From NCBI GenBank assembly GCA_052170315.1, contig JBQNAT010000010.1, positions 45,256 through 69,255 on the forward strand: 24,000 nt of DNA, given 5' to 3'. The position numbers were made by a program, and so were the translations under genes. Below the pieces are notes generated by a model. That model did not search any database, was not told the DNA's origin, and saw only the letters and a list, made by a program, of their open reading frames with translations. Positions 14,751-22,250 of the stretch are shown here, piece by piece. The DNA comes from Sphaerochaeta sp. (GTDB taxonomy: Bacteria > Spirochaetota > Spirochaetia > Sphaerochaetales > Sphaerochaetaceae). Numbering within the stretch: the first letter of the stretch is position 1; each line of letters opens with the position of its first letter.

Positions 14751-15314
14751 ATGAGAAAGAATTTCGGAGCAAAGCCTTATTCATATCCTCAGGCCGTTTA
14801 TATAGTATCCACCTACAACGAAGACGGGAGCGCGAATGCCATGAACGCCGCATGGGGCGGCATCACGGATGATAGTCAGTTTACATTGTGCCTGAGTTCC
14901 ACGCACAAGACAGTGAAAAACCTTCGCAGGACGGGAGCCTTTACCGTGAGCATGGGTGATGCGGAACACGTGACCGAATGCGACTATCTTGGAATCGCAA
15001 GCGGAAACAAAAAGCCGGACAAGCTGAAAGAAGCAGGCTTTACAGTGTCAAAAAGCGAATTTGTGAATGCGCCTGTAATAAACGAGCTTGCAGTATGCGT
15101 TGAATGCGAGGTTTTAAGCTACAATCCCGACACGGGCCTGCTTACAGGCGCTATAATCAATGTATCCGTAGATGAAAAAGCGCTCACGGACGGAAAAGCG
15201 GATATAAATAAGATAAAACCCATTGTCTTTGACCCGTTCAACAACGATTATCTTGTTATAGGACAGAAAGTCGGGAACGCTTTTAAAGACGGGGCAAAAC
15301 TTATGAAGAGATGA
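14751..15314 (+). CDS. Flavin reductase-like / flavoredoxin family protein
   Basis: AAGGAG lies 6 nt upstream. The N-terminal region PQAVYIVSTYNEDGSANAMNAAWGG is typical of the FMN-binding split-barrel flavin reductase family. 187 aa. Confidence 0.7.
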   Translation: MRKNFGAKPYSYPQAVYIVSTYNEDGSANAMNAAWGGITDDSQFTLCLSSTHKTVKNLRRTGAFTVSMGDAEHVTECDYLGIASGNKKPDKLKEAGFTVSKSEFVNAPVINELAVCVECEVLSYNPDTGLLTGAIINVSVDEKALTDGKADINKIKPIVFDPFNNDYLVIGQKVGNAFKDGAKLMKR

Positions 15315-15444
15315 GTAAGCCTGTCTTCACCGTTTCCGGAAAACAAGTTTCAGAGGTTTGTCGGTTCTTCTGAATCCGATTGCCCTTACTCCGTAAATTA
15401 GGTTATCATTCTCTTGGCATTTGGAATACTTGTTATCGGGATGG

Positions 15445-17190
15445 ATGATGGACTTTTTTAACATTCTTAGCTTAATCGGCGGCGTCAGCCTTTTTCTGTT
15501 CGGTATGAGCGTAATGGGGCAGGCGCTTGAAAGAAGGGCCGGCAGCAGTCTCAGGTTTTTCCTGGGAAGAATAACTGACAGGCAGTTTACCGGGTTTCTC
15601 ACAGGTATAGTTATCACGGCGGTTATGCAAAGCTCTTCCGCAACCACCGTTATGGTTGTGGGTTTTGTAAACTCAGGCATGATGACTCTGAGACAGTCCA
15701 TAAGCGTCATTATGGGCGCAAACGTGGGTACAACTATAACCTCATGGATACTGAGCCTTGCGGGAATTTCAAGCACCAACTTTTTCATAAGGCTTTTAAA
15801 GCCTTCTTCATTCATGCCGGTACTTGCGCTGGCGGGCATAATAATGTACACAACCTGCAAGGACAAAAAACGCGATACCGGTCTTGTGCTTCTTGGCTTT
15901 TCAACAATGATGTTCGGCATGGAAACCATGGCGTCGGCTGTTGTGGGTCTTAAAGAAATACCTCAGTTCCAGCAGCTGTTCCTAAGGTTTCAAAACCCCT
16001 TCCTTGGTGTTCTGGTCGGAGCGGTAATTACCGCGATAATCCAGTCAAGCGCAGCATCAATAGGAATTTTACAGACTTTGGCCTCAACCGGTTTGATACC
16101 CTACGGTGCTGCTATTCCCATAATAATGGGACAAAACATAGGAACATGCGCCACCGCCATGATTTCTTCCATAGGAACAAACAAGAATGCAAAACGCGCG
16201 GCGCTTATCCACCTCTGCTTCAATATCATAGGCACTGTAGTGCTTCTTACAGCCTTCACGGTTTTAAGGAAGCTTCTTTCTCCCGCTATCCTTTCACTGT
16301 CCGCAAGCCTGCTTGGTATTGCTGTATGCCATACAATATTCAACGTCCTCTGCGCCATGATTCTCTATCCGTTCAGCGGGGCTCTTGAAAAGCTCGCCTG
16401 CCGTATCATTCCGGACTCGCCCTCCGCTGAAAAGAAGGTGGAGCTTGACGAGCGTCTTCTCAAAACCCCTTCAATTGCGCTTGAACGCGTAAGCGTGCTC
16501 ATGGACGATATGGCAAAGGAAGCTATGACATCCATGGAAGAAAGCCTGGACTCTCTTGACGGCTATACGGCCGAGCTTGATGCCCTTGTCAACGAAAAGG
16601 AAAAGCTCACCGACCATTATGAAGACATAATAGGCACCTATCTTGTAAAGCTCAGCAGCCTGAACATAGAGGATTCGGATACAATGAAGGCGGCCGAGTA
16701 TCTAAAGATGATAAGCGACATAGAACGCATCGCGGACCACAGCGTAAAGATTCTGGATGCCTCGCGTGAGATGCAGCAGAAAAAGATTATATTCTCAAAC
16801 GAGGCTTCAGCTGAGCTTAAAGTTCTTATAAAGGCCATAAGACAGATAACTGAAATGGCCTATAACGCCTTTGCGAAGCATGACCTTGAAGAGGCTTTCA
16901 GAGTGGAGCCTCTGGAGCAGGTTATTGACTACCTCAAGGAAGAAATCAGAACACGCCACATAAGGCGCCTTCAAAAAGGCGAATGCAGCATAGACGCGGG
17001 CTTTGTGCTGAATGACATTCTGACAAGCATTGAAAGAGTCAGCGACCACTGCTCAAATATCGCGGGTTGTGTCATAGACGCCAACATGAACAATCTGAAC
17101 CTTCATGAGACGCTTAACGAATACAAGCACAACAGTGAGAAATTCAATGCAACTTATACGGCATTCAGGGCAGAGTACGAGCTTCCTTAA
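15445..17190 (+). CDS. Na+/phosphate cotransporter family protein with C-terminal PhoU-like repeats (NptA/YjbB-like)
   Basis: MMDFFNILSLIGGVSLFLFGMSVMGQALE and a second repeat GAVITAIIQSSAASIGILQ. C-terminal PhoU-like ERIADHSVK and ERVSDHCSN. The start is chosen at ATG 15445 rather than the track's TTG 15421; start uncertainty is about 3-24 nt. Confidence 0.85.
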   Translation: MMDFFNILSLIGGVSLFLFGMSVMGQALERRAGSSLRFFLGRITDRQFTGFLTGIVITAVMQSSSATTVMVVGFVNSGMMTLRQSISVIMGANVGTTITSWILSLAGISSTNFFIRLLKPSSFMPVLALAGIIMYTTCKDKKRDTGLVLLGFSTMMFGMETMASAVVGLKEIPQFQQLFLRFQNPFLGVLVGAVITAIIQSSAASIGILQTLASTGLIPYGAAIPIIMGQNIGTCATAMISSIGTNKNAKRAALIHLCFNIIGTVVLLTAFTVLRKLLSPAILSLSASLLGIAVCHTIFNVLCAMILYPFSGALEKLACRIIPDSPSAEKKVELDERLLKTPSIALERVSVLMDDMAKEAMTSMEESLDSLDGYTAELDALVNEKEKLTDHYEDIIGTYLVKLSSLNIEDSDTMKAAEYLKMISDIERIADHSVKILDASREMQQKKIIFSNEASAELKVLIKAIRQITEMAYNAFAKHDLEEAFRVEPLEQVIDYLKEEIRTRHIRRLQKGECSIDAGFVLNDILTSIERVSDHCSNIAGCVIDANMNNLNLHETLNEYKHNSEKFNATYTAFRAEYELP

Positions 17191-17192
17191 GT

Positions 17193-18188
17193 TCAAAGAA
17201 GCCCGACTCTCTTTTTTGCCCTGTTAAGTGTTCTGAGCGATACTGAAAGGGCGGTCTGCGCTCCGTTTTGCGCAACTTCGTCAAGATAGGCTTTATCTGC
17301 GCTGTAGCGTTTGTAGTTCTCCCTTATGGGGCGCAATGCGTCCGCAACCGTTTCGCCTACGGCAAGCTTGAAGTCCCCGTAGCCCCTGCCTTCAAATTCC
17401 GCTTCCGTTTCCGCGGTGCTTTTCCCTGTTGTTACGGAGTATATCGTAATCAGGTTGTTAATTCCGTCTTTGCCTTCTCTGAAAACAATTTCCTTTTCAC
17501 TGTCCGTTACCGCGCGCCTGAATTTGCTTATGATTACATCAGGCTCGTCAAGTATGGATATGAAAGCGTTCGCGTTTTCATCCGACTTTGACATTTTCTT
17601 AAGAGGGTCCTGGAGAGACATGACCTTTGCGCCGGCAGCCGGTATGTAGGGCTCAGGCACTTTGAAAGTCTGACCGTAAAGGTTATTGAAACGCTCCGCT
17701 ATGTCTCTTGTGAACTCCAGATGCTGCTTTTGGTCAACCCCGACCGGAACCATATCCGCCTGATACAGAAGAATATCCGCCGCCATGAGAACGGGGTAGG
17801 TGAAAAGAGCGGCATTTACGTTGTCGGCATGTCTTGCCGCTTTGTCCTTGAACTGGGTCATGCGTGAAAGGTCTCCGAATTGGGCAATGCCTGAAAGTAT
17901 CCAGGAAAGCTCCGTATGGGTATGGACTTGGCTCTGGATAAAAACCAGACTCTTTTTCGGGTCTATCCCGCAGGCCAGAAGGAGCGCAATGGCTTCGTAG
18001 CGTCTTTTTCTGAGATTAGACGGTTCCTGGCGCACGGTAAGAGAATGGAGATCCGCTATAAAATAAGCACAGTCGTAGTTGTCCTGCATTCTTCCCCAGT
18101 TCTTTACGGCTCCAATGTAATTTCCAAGTGTGAAAATGCCTGTAGGCTGGATACCGCTGAGGATGATTTTCTTTTTTTCCGCTTCCAT
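17193..18188 (-). CDS. trpS: Tryptophan--tRNA ligase
   Basis: Class I aaRS motifs GIQPTGIFTLGNYIG (HIGH-type region) and KMSKS. 331 aa, with GGAG-type RBS (AAAGGAGCG) upstream. Confidence 0.95.
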   Translation of the reverse strand: MEAEKKKIILSGIQPTGIFTLGNYIGAVKNWGRMQDNYDCAYFIADLHSLTVRQEPSNLRKRRYEAIALLLACGIDPKKSLVFIQSQVHTHTELSWILSGIAQFGDLSRMTQFKDKAARHADNVNAALFTYPVLMAADILLYQADMVPVGVDQKQHLEFTRDIAERFNNLYGQTFKVPEPYIPAAGAKVMSLQDPLKKMSKSDENANAFISILDEPDVIISKFRRAVTDSEKEIVFREGKDGINNLITIYSVTTGKSTAETEAEFEGRGYGDFKLAVGETVADALRPIRENYKRYSADKAYLDEVAQNGAQTALSVSLRTLNRAKKRVGLL

Positions 18189-18217
18189 ACCGCGCTCCTT
18201 TGCTTCATAATCGCTTA

Positions 18218-18246
18218 ATGATAAGAATCTGAGGACATTACTTCAA
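18218..18246 (-). promoter_or_regulatory. Candidate trpS promoter (TTGAAG - 17 nt - TATCAT on the minus strand)
   Basis: Reverse complement of 18241-18246 is TTGAAG and of 18218-18223 is TATCAT, with an exact 17-nt spacer. This implies a short leader (~20-25 nt), too short for a T-box. Confidence 0.4.
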
Positions 18247-18274
18247 TAGGTGTCAGAGCATAAAAAGCGTTTTG

Positions 18275-18303
18275 TTGACGGATGAAAAGCTTCATGCTAG
18301 ACT
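18275..18303 (+). promoter_or_regulatory. Candidate promoter for the beta-barrel protein / SPT-like gene cluster (TTGACG - 17 nt - TGcTAGACT)
   Basis: TTGACG at 18275-18280, a 17-nt spacer, extended -10 TGcTAGACT at 18295-18303. Confidence 0.4.
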
Positions 18304-18394
18304 CAAAACAGGGTAGGAAGGATGTGAAGGGAAACCGGTCTGCGTCATGCCTGCGGGACATGCCCTGCCTATTCGCTCCATGGGAGGAGTATAT

Positions 18395-19105
18395 ATGAAA
18401 AAGACACTCACGGTGTTACTGCTTGTTCTGATTCTTATTCCGTCGTTCTGTTTTGCGAAGGAACTTTCCGGTATCAAAGATAAAATTCTTGAGCCCATTG
18501 CCGCTGTTCAGCTTGGCGCGGGGTACGATTTTTTTACACTCAAAGGAAAATATGACAAACATGAATTGACATCAAACAGGATGAGCGCCCTGGGAATAAA
18601 CCTTGCCGTGACGCTGGATCTTTCAAAAATAGACAACTTTATGAAGGAAGGCTGGTTCGGTTATTTTGACATTGGTACAGGTTTCTCCGGCAAGATTCAT
18701 TTTGCCGGTTCTGATTACAGCAGTAAAACTGCCCCCAAACTTTCAAACGCGACGGACTTCAAAACTCATCTTGTTATAATGAAGCGTTTTAACTTCCAAA
18801 TTCCTCTTGACGTTTATCTTGGCGGAGGTCTTGCGTACAACAGTTTCACTGGAAATACAAAAACCGATACCTCAAACGTGAAACTTTCCGCAAAAGCCTG
18901 GGGTATAGCGCTTTACGCTGAAGGGGACTATAAGTTCACTAAGCATCTTGCTATATGCGTTTCCCTTAATCCCGATATCTCGTTTATAACAAAACTTCAG
19001 AGAAAGAGCCGCGATAATACCGGATATGTTACTATAAAAAAACATATTTCCATGGGTTTCGGTTTATGTGTTACCGCGAAGGCCTCTATAAAGTACATTT
19101 TCTAA
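18395..19105 (+). CDS. Secreted small beta-barrel-like outer-membrane protein (porin/OmpW-like), hypothetical
   Basis: ATG 18395 follows GGGAGGAG; the track start at 18347 is rejected. Signal peptide MKKTLTVLLLVLILIPSFCFA|KE. Alternating hydrophobic/aromatic pattern and C-terminal ...IKYIF (terminal Phe), typical of OM beta-barrels. Confidence 0.5.
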   Translation: MKKTLTVLLLVLILIPSFCFAKELSGIKDKILEPIAAVQLGAGYDFFTLKGKYDKHELTSNRMSALGINLAVTLDLSKIDNFMKEGWFGYFDIGTGFSGKIHFAGSDYSSKTAPKLSNATDFKTHLVIMKRFNFQIPLDVYLGGGLAYNSFTGNTKTDTSNVKLSAKAWGIALYAEGDYKFTKHLAICVSLNPDISFITKLQRKSRDNTGYVTIKKHISMGFGLCVTAKASIKYIF

Positions 19106-19173
19106 AAACCTGATAAGGGGTGATACTTGACCTCTTTGCCAAATATCTGAAAAATCTCGTACAAGAGGTACAA

Positions 19174-20370
19174 ATGGATCTTTTTGAAAAACTTAACGAC
19201 AAAGCCAATTCTTACAACCTGGCTGTCGAGGTTAGAAAAATGGGAATATATCCCTATTTCCACTGTCTTGAATCAAGGCAAGCCCCCGAAGTCATTATGG
19301 AAAAGAAACGCCGGATAATGCTTGGTTCCAATAATTATCTGGGTCTTACAACACAGCCTGAAGTTATTGAAGCCGGTATTAGGGCAATGGAAAAGTATGG
19401 GACGGGCTGTTCCGGCTCAAGGTTTCTCAACGGGACTCTTGACCTTCATCTTCAGCTTGAAAAGGAGCTTGCGACTTTTCTCCACAAACAGGCCGCAATG
19501 ACGTTCTCAACAGGATTTCAGTCAAATCTGGGAATCCTGAGCTCCATCTGCGGCAAGGGTGATTTCATTATCTGCGATAAGGAAAACCATGCCAGCATTT
19601 ATGACGGCGCCAAACTTTCCTATGCGGAAATGCTGCGTTATCAGCACAACGACATGGACTCGCTCAGAAGAGTTCTTGAAAAAACGGGAGCGGATTCTCC
19701 GAAGCTCATAGTGACGGACGGAGTTTTCAGCATGAGCGGGGATATCGCGAATCTTCCTGACATAGTTGAGCTTGCTTCCCGTTACGGGGCAAGGGTAATG
19801 GTAGACGACTCCCACGGAATAGGAACAATAGGCGATGGCGGCCGCGGAACCGCCTCTTACTACAATCTTGAAAACAAGGTTGATATCATAATGGGAACTT
19901 TCAGCAAATCCTTTGCAAGCCTTGGCGGCTTTGCTTCCGCGAATGCCGAGATAATTGACTTTATGTGCCATATGTCCAGACCGTTCATCTTCTCCGCAAG
20001 CATGCCGCCCGCAAACGCGGCAGCGGCTCTTGCTTCGCTTGATTATCTGAATGCAAATCCGCAGATTAAGGAAAAACTTTCTGACATTGCGGGTTTCTTC
20101 CGCTCTGAGCTTAAGAGGCTTGGGGTAAAGTTCAAACCTACACAGACGCCTATAATCCCTATCTACACTTCCGACAAGTTTACAACTCTTAAGATAGTGC
20201 ATGAGCTTTTTGAAGAAGGAGTTTTTGTAAACGCGGTTCTTCCTCCCGCGACGCCCGAATCCGAATGCCTGATAAGAACCAGTCTTATGGCAAATATTAC
20301 AAAGCCCATTCTCACAGAAGCCGCCGAAAAGATTTCAAAGATTCTTAAAAGGAATCACGTTAACGAATAA
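19174..20370 (+). CDS. PLP-dependent alpha-oxoamine synthase, serine palmitoyltransferase-like
   Basis: ATG 19174 lies 4 nt after AAGAGGT; the track's GTG 19120 is rejected. MLGSNNYLGLT, KYGTGCSGSRFLNGTLDLH (the RFLNGT variant recalls bacterial SPTs rather than Kbl or BioF), DGVFSMSGD, DDSHG, PLP-lysine context GTFSKSFASLGGF. 398 aa. Confidence 0.7.
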   Translation: MDLFEKLNDKANSYNLAVEVRKMGIYPYFHCLESRQAPEVIMEKKRRIMLGSNNYLGLTTQPEVIEAGIRAMEKYGTGCSGSRFLNGTLDLHLQLEKELATFLHKQAAMTFSTGFQSNLGILSSICGKGDFIICDKENHASIYDGAKLSYAEMLRYQHNDMDSLRRVLEKTGADSPKLIVTDGVFSMSGDIANLPDIVELASRYGARVMVDDSHGIGTIGDGGRGTASYYNLENKVDIIMGTFSKSFASLGGFASANAEIIDFMCHMSRPFIFSASMPPANAAAALASLDYLNANPQIKEKLSDIAGFFRSELKRLGVKFKPTQTPIIPIYTSDKFTTLKIVHELFEEGVFVNAVLPPATPESECLIRTSLMANITKPILTEAAEKISKILKRNHVNE

Positions 20371-20379
20371 AGGAATAAC

Positions 20380-20799
20380 ATGAAAAAAGCATTTATGGTT
20401 TTAGGTATGTCGGTTTTACTGGCATTGCTGGGATTCACACTTATCGGCTGCTCACGCGCGGGCAATACGGATGAAATAACCAAAATGGAATACAAACATA
20501 TTTCGCAGGAAGAAGCTGCGCGCATTATGGCCAATGAAAAAGATATAATCATAGTTGATGTAAGGCGCCCGGATGAGTATGCATCCGGCCATATACCCGG
20601 CGCTATAAATATCCCAAACGAAACCATAGGTTCCGCGTCTATTCCTCAGCTGCCGGATAAAAACCGGAAAATACTTGTTTACTGCAGAAGCGGAGCAAGA
20701 AGCAGGCAGGCTTCTTCAAAACTTGCAGACATGGGTTATTCAAATATTTTGGAATTCGGCGGCATAATTACATGGACCGGCGATATAGTTACGGACTAA
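20380..20799 (+). CDS. Rhodanese-domain lipoprotein (sulfurtransferase-like)
   Basis: Lipobox L-I-G-C in MKKAFMVLGMSVLLALLGFTLIGCS. Rhodanese active-site loop YCRSGARS and GHIPGAINIP motif. 139 aa. Confidence 0.8.
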   Translation: MKKAFMVLGMSVLLALLGFTLIGCSRAGNTDEITKMEYKHISQEEAARIMANEKDIIIVDVRRPDEYASGHIPGAINIPNETIGSASIPQLPDKNRKILVYCRSGARSRQASSKLADMGYSNILEFGGIITWTGDIVTD

Positions 20800-22112
20800 A
20801 GGTCAAACCCGAACTTCATACCAATGAAAAATGACATGCAGAAAGGCTTGAAAATAAAATCTTCAGAGTGATAGCTGTCTCCTCGGACATAAGAGGTTAT
20901 CAGATTTGAATCCGGATAACAGCCGATATCAAGAGCCGCTTCAAGCATGAAGTTTATCCAGTCAAAGCATATGAGACCTTCCGGAAGCAGCGTAGTGCCA
21001 ATACGTATCTGCGTAAACGGCGTAAAAATTGCGTCTCTTGAAATCCTTGGGCTTCCGTCCGTGTTAATAATGTCTATCTGCCATTTTGCAAGTCCGAAGT
21101 CCATTTCACAGTAGGGTCTGAAAATCCATAGTTCCTGAAAACGGTAGCGATAGCCTGCAGCAAGCTGCAAATGGTTTCTCTGTACTCGGATATTTGGGTC
21201 ATGGCTCTTTTTCGGATTGGGTATGCCGGATGTGTAACGTGAAATTATACACACGGACGAATACCCGGAAAAAGGCAGTTCAAGGTAGTTTGAGTGAAAC
21301 CGGAAGCTCTGTATCTTCTGCCTGCCGGAAGAAAGGCTTACATCGGATTTCTTCCATGTGGGTTTTCTGAAAAAGGACATGACGTCAACGCCTACGGTTC
21401 CGTAGCCGAATGTCCCGTCAAGTTCCCTCTCATAGTTGAATGTGATAGCTCCGAAATCAATGTACGATGAAATTTTCCACTTTGTATCTTTATTCAGAGC
21501 TATCCCGAAGGCTTTGTAGAACATTGAAAGCTGAAAGCCGAAAATAAATTCACGGCTGTAGATAACACTTGCCCCGCCGCTGAAGGAAAGACCCTTTACC
21601 GGAGAATAGTTTGCTTCCATTCCAAGCTCGGAAAGGGGATAAAATTCAGGAATTGATATGTACGGAACGTGTACCGAAGCCACACGTATATATTTGTGAT
21701 AGTTGTTCTGAACAGCATCAAGCCCCATATAGCCTCTGAAGCCAAGGCCCGCGGAGGTATCAAGGTATAGTGAAAAATTCCTTATGTTATACAGAGCAAT
21801 TTTATAAGATGTTTCCAGCATAAGCTCGTCATACCTTGTTTTTGCTATCCTGTTTGTATAAGCGCTTAAATCAGCTTTTAAACTGAAATTCCTGTATGTG
21901 AAAATACCGACAAAACTGAAGGTGTGATGGTCATCGTCATTTTTTGCTATACCAAGAGTAAAGTTATCGTTGCCGTTAGCCCAGATAAGGCGATGGCTCA
22001 TCACCGAATGCTTTCCCATATCGTCCGCGCTTGACAGAGAAGTCGCAAAAACGAAGCAGTCCAAGGCGGCAAAGATAAGCAGAATTTGAAGGACAAATGA
22101 TATTTTCTTCAT
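20796..22112 (-). CDS. Secreted hypothetical protein, probable large outer-membrane beta-barrel
   Basis: Signal peptide MKKISFVLQILLIFAALDCFVFA. Aromatic-rich alternating pattern throughout, no recognisable enzymatic motif. 438 aa. The stop overlaps the convergent rhodanese stop by 4 nt. Confidence 0.45.
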   Translation of the reverse strand: MKKISFVLQILLIFAALDCFVFATSLSSADDMGKHSVMSHRLIWANGNDNFTLGIAKNDDDHHTFSFVGIFTYRNFSLKADLSAYTNRIAKTRYDELMLETSYKIALYNIRNFSLYLDTSAGLGFRGYMGLDAVQNNYHKYIRVASVHVPYISIPEFYPLSELGMEANYSPVKGLSFSGGASVIYSREFIFGFQLSMFYKAFGIALNKDTKWKISSYIDFGAITFNYERELDGTFGYGTVGVDVMSFFRKPTWKKSDVSLSSGRQKIQSFRFHSNYLELPFSGYSSVCIISRYTSGIPNPKKSHDPNIRVQRNHLQLAAGYRYRFQELWIFRPYCEMDFGLAKWQIDIINTDGSPRISRDAIFTPFTQIRIGTTLLPEGLICFDWINFMLEAALDIGCYPDSNLITSYVRGDSYHSEDFIFKPFCMSFFIGMKFGFDL

Positions 22113-22250
22113 TGCTTATTATGGAATTTTGCCTTGTTCAGTGTCAACATATCAGTTTTCATGATACCCCTATGCAATTTTAAGAATTCCCGTTTCTTTG
22201 AATAATATGTAGGCTTGTGCTGTTATTACCAGTTAACGGAGTATTCAAAA

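Noticed and set aside
17196-17220. T-rich run after the Na/Pi transporter stop (CTCTTTTTTG) as an intrinsic terminator
   Set aside because: No preceding GC-rich inverted repeat could be paired, and the run lies inside the trpS coding sequence on the opposite strand (encoding ...AKKRV...).
18189-18346. Possible T-box leader upstream of trpS (minus strand)
   Set aside because: The region between the trpS start and the divergent gene holds a good promoter only ~25-55 nt from the ATG. There is no GGUGGUACCGCG-like box, terminator or U-tract on the minus strand, and the leader is too short for a T-box.
4043-19173. ORF-track alternative starts: TTG 4043, 6599, TTG 15421, 18347, GTG 19120
   Set aside because: In each case a downstream ATG has a much better Shine-Dalgarno sequence at 4-9 nt. 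It also gives a sensible N-terminus, such as a signal peptide beginning MKK, a ferredoxin beginning just before its first Cys cluster, or conserved N-terminal family sequence.
716-20202. Long antisense ORFs inside confident genes (e.g. 716-1207, 2682-3266, 3495-4103, 4781-5341, 5543-6067, 7610-8137, 9780-10649, 10899-11345, 12173-12778, 15327-15929, 19522-20202)
   Set aside because: Each lies wholly within a gene on the other strand that has strong family motifs. Their translations are compositionally biased (Arg/Ser/Cys/Pro-rich) with no recognisable domains or RBS, which is typical of shadow ORFs.
22113-22250. Rex (redox-sensing) operator or clear promoter upstream of adhE
   Set aside because: Only partial half-site-like strings occur (TTGTGC..., GTTAAC) without the TTGTGAA-N6-TTCACAA-type dyad. 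The promoter candidates have poor spacing (TTGAAT/TATTAC, 20 nt) or a weak -35 (TTAAGA-16-TAATAT). This is not enough to report.
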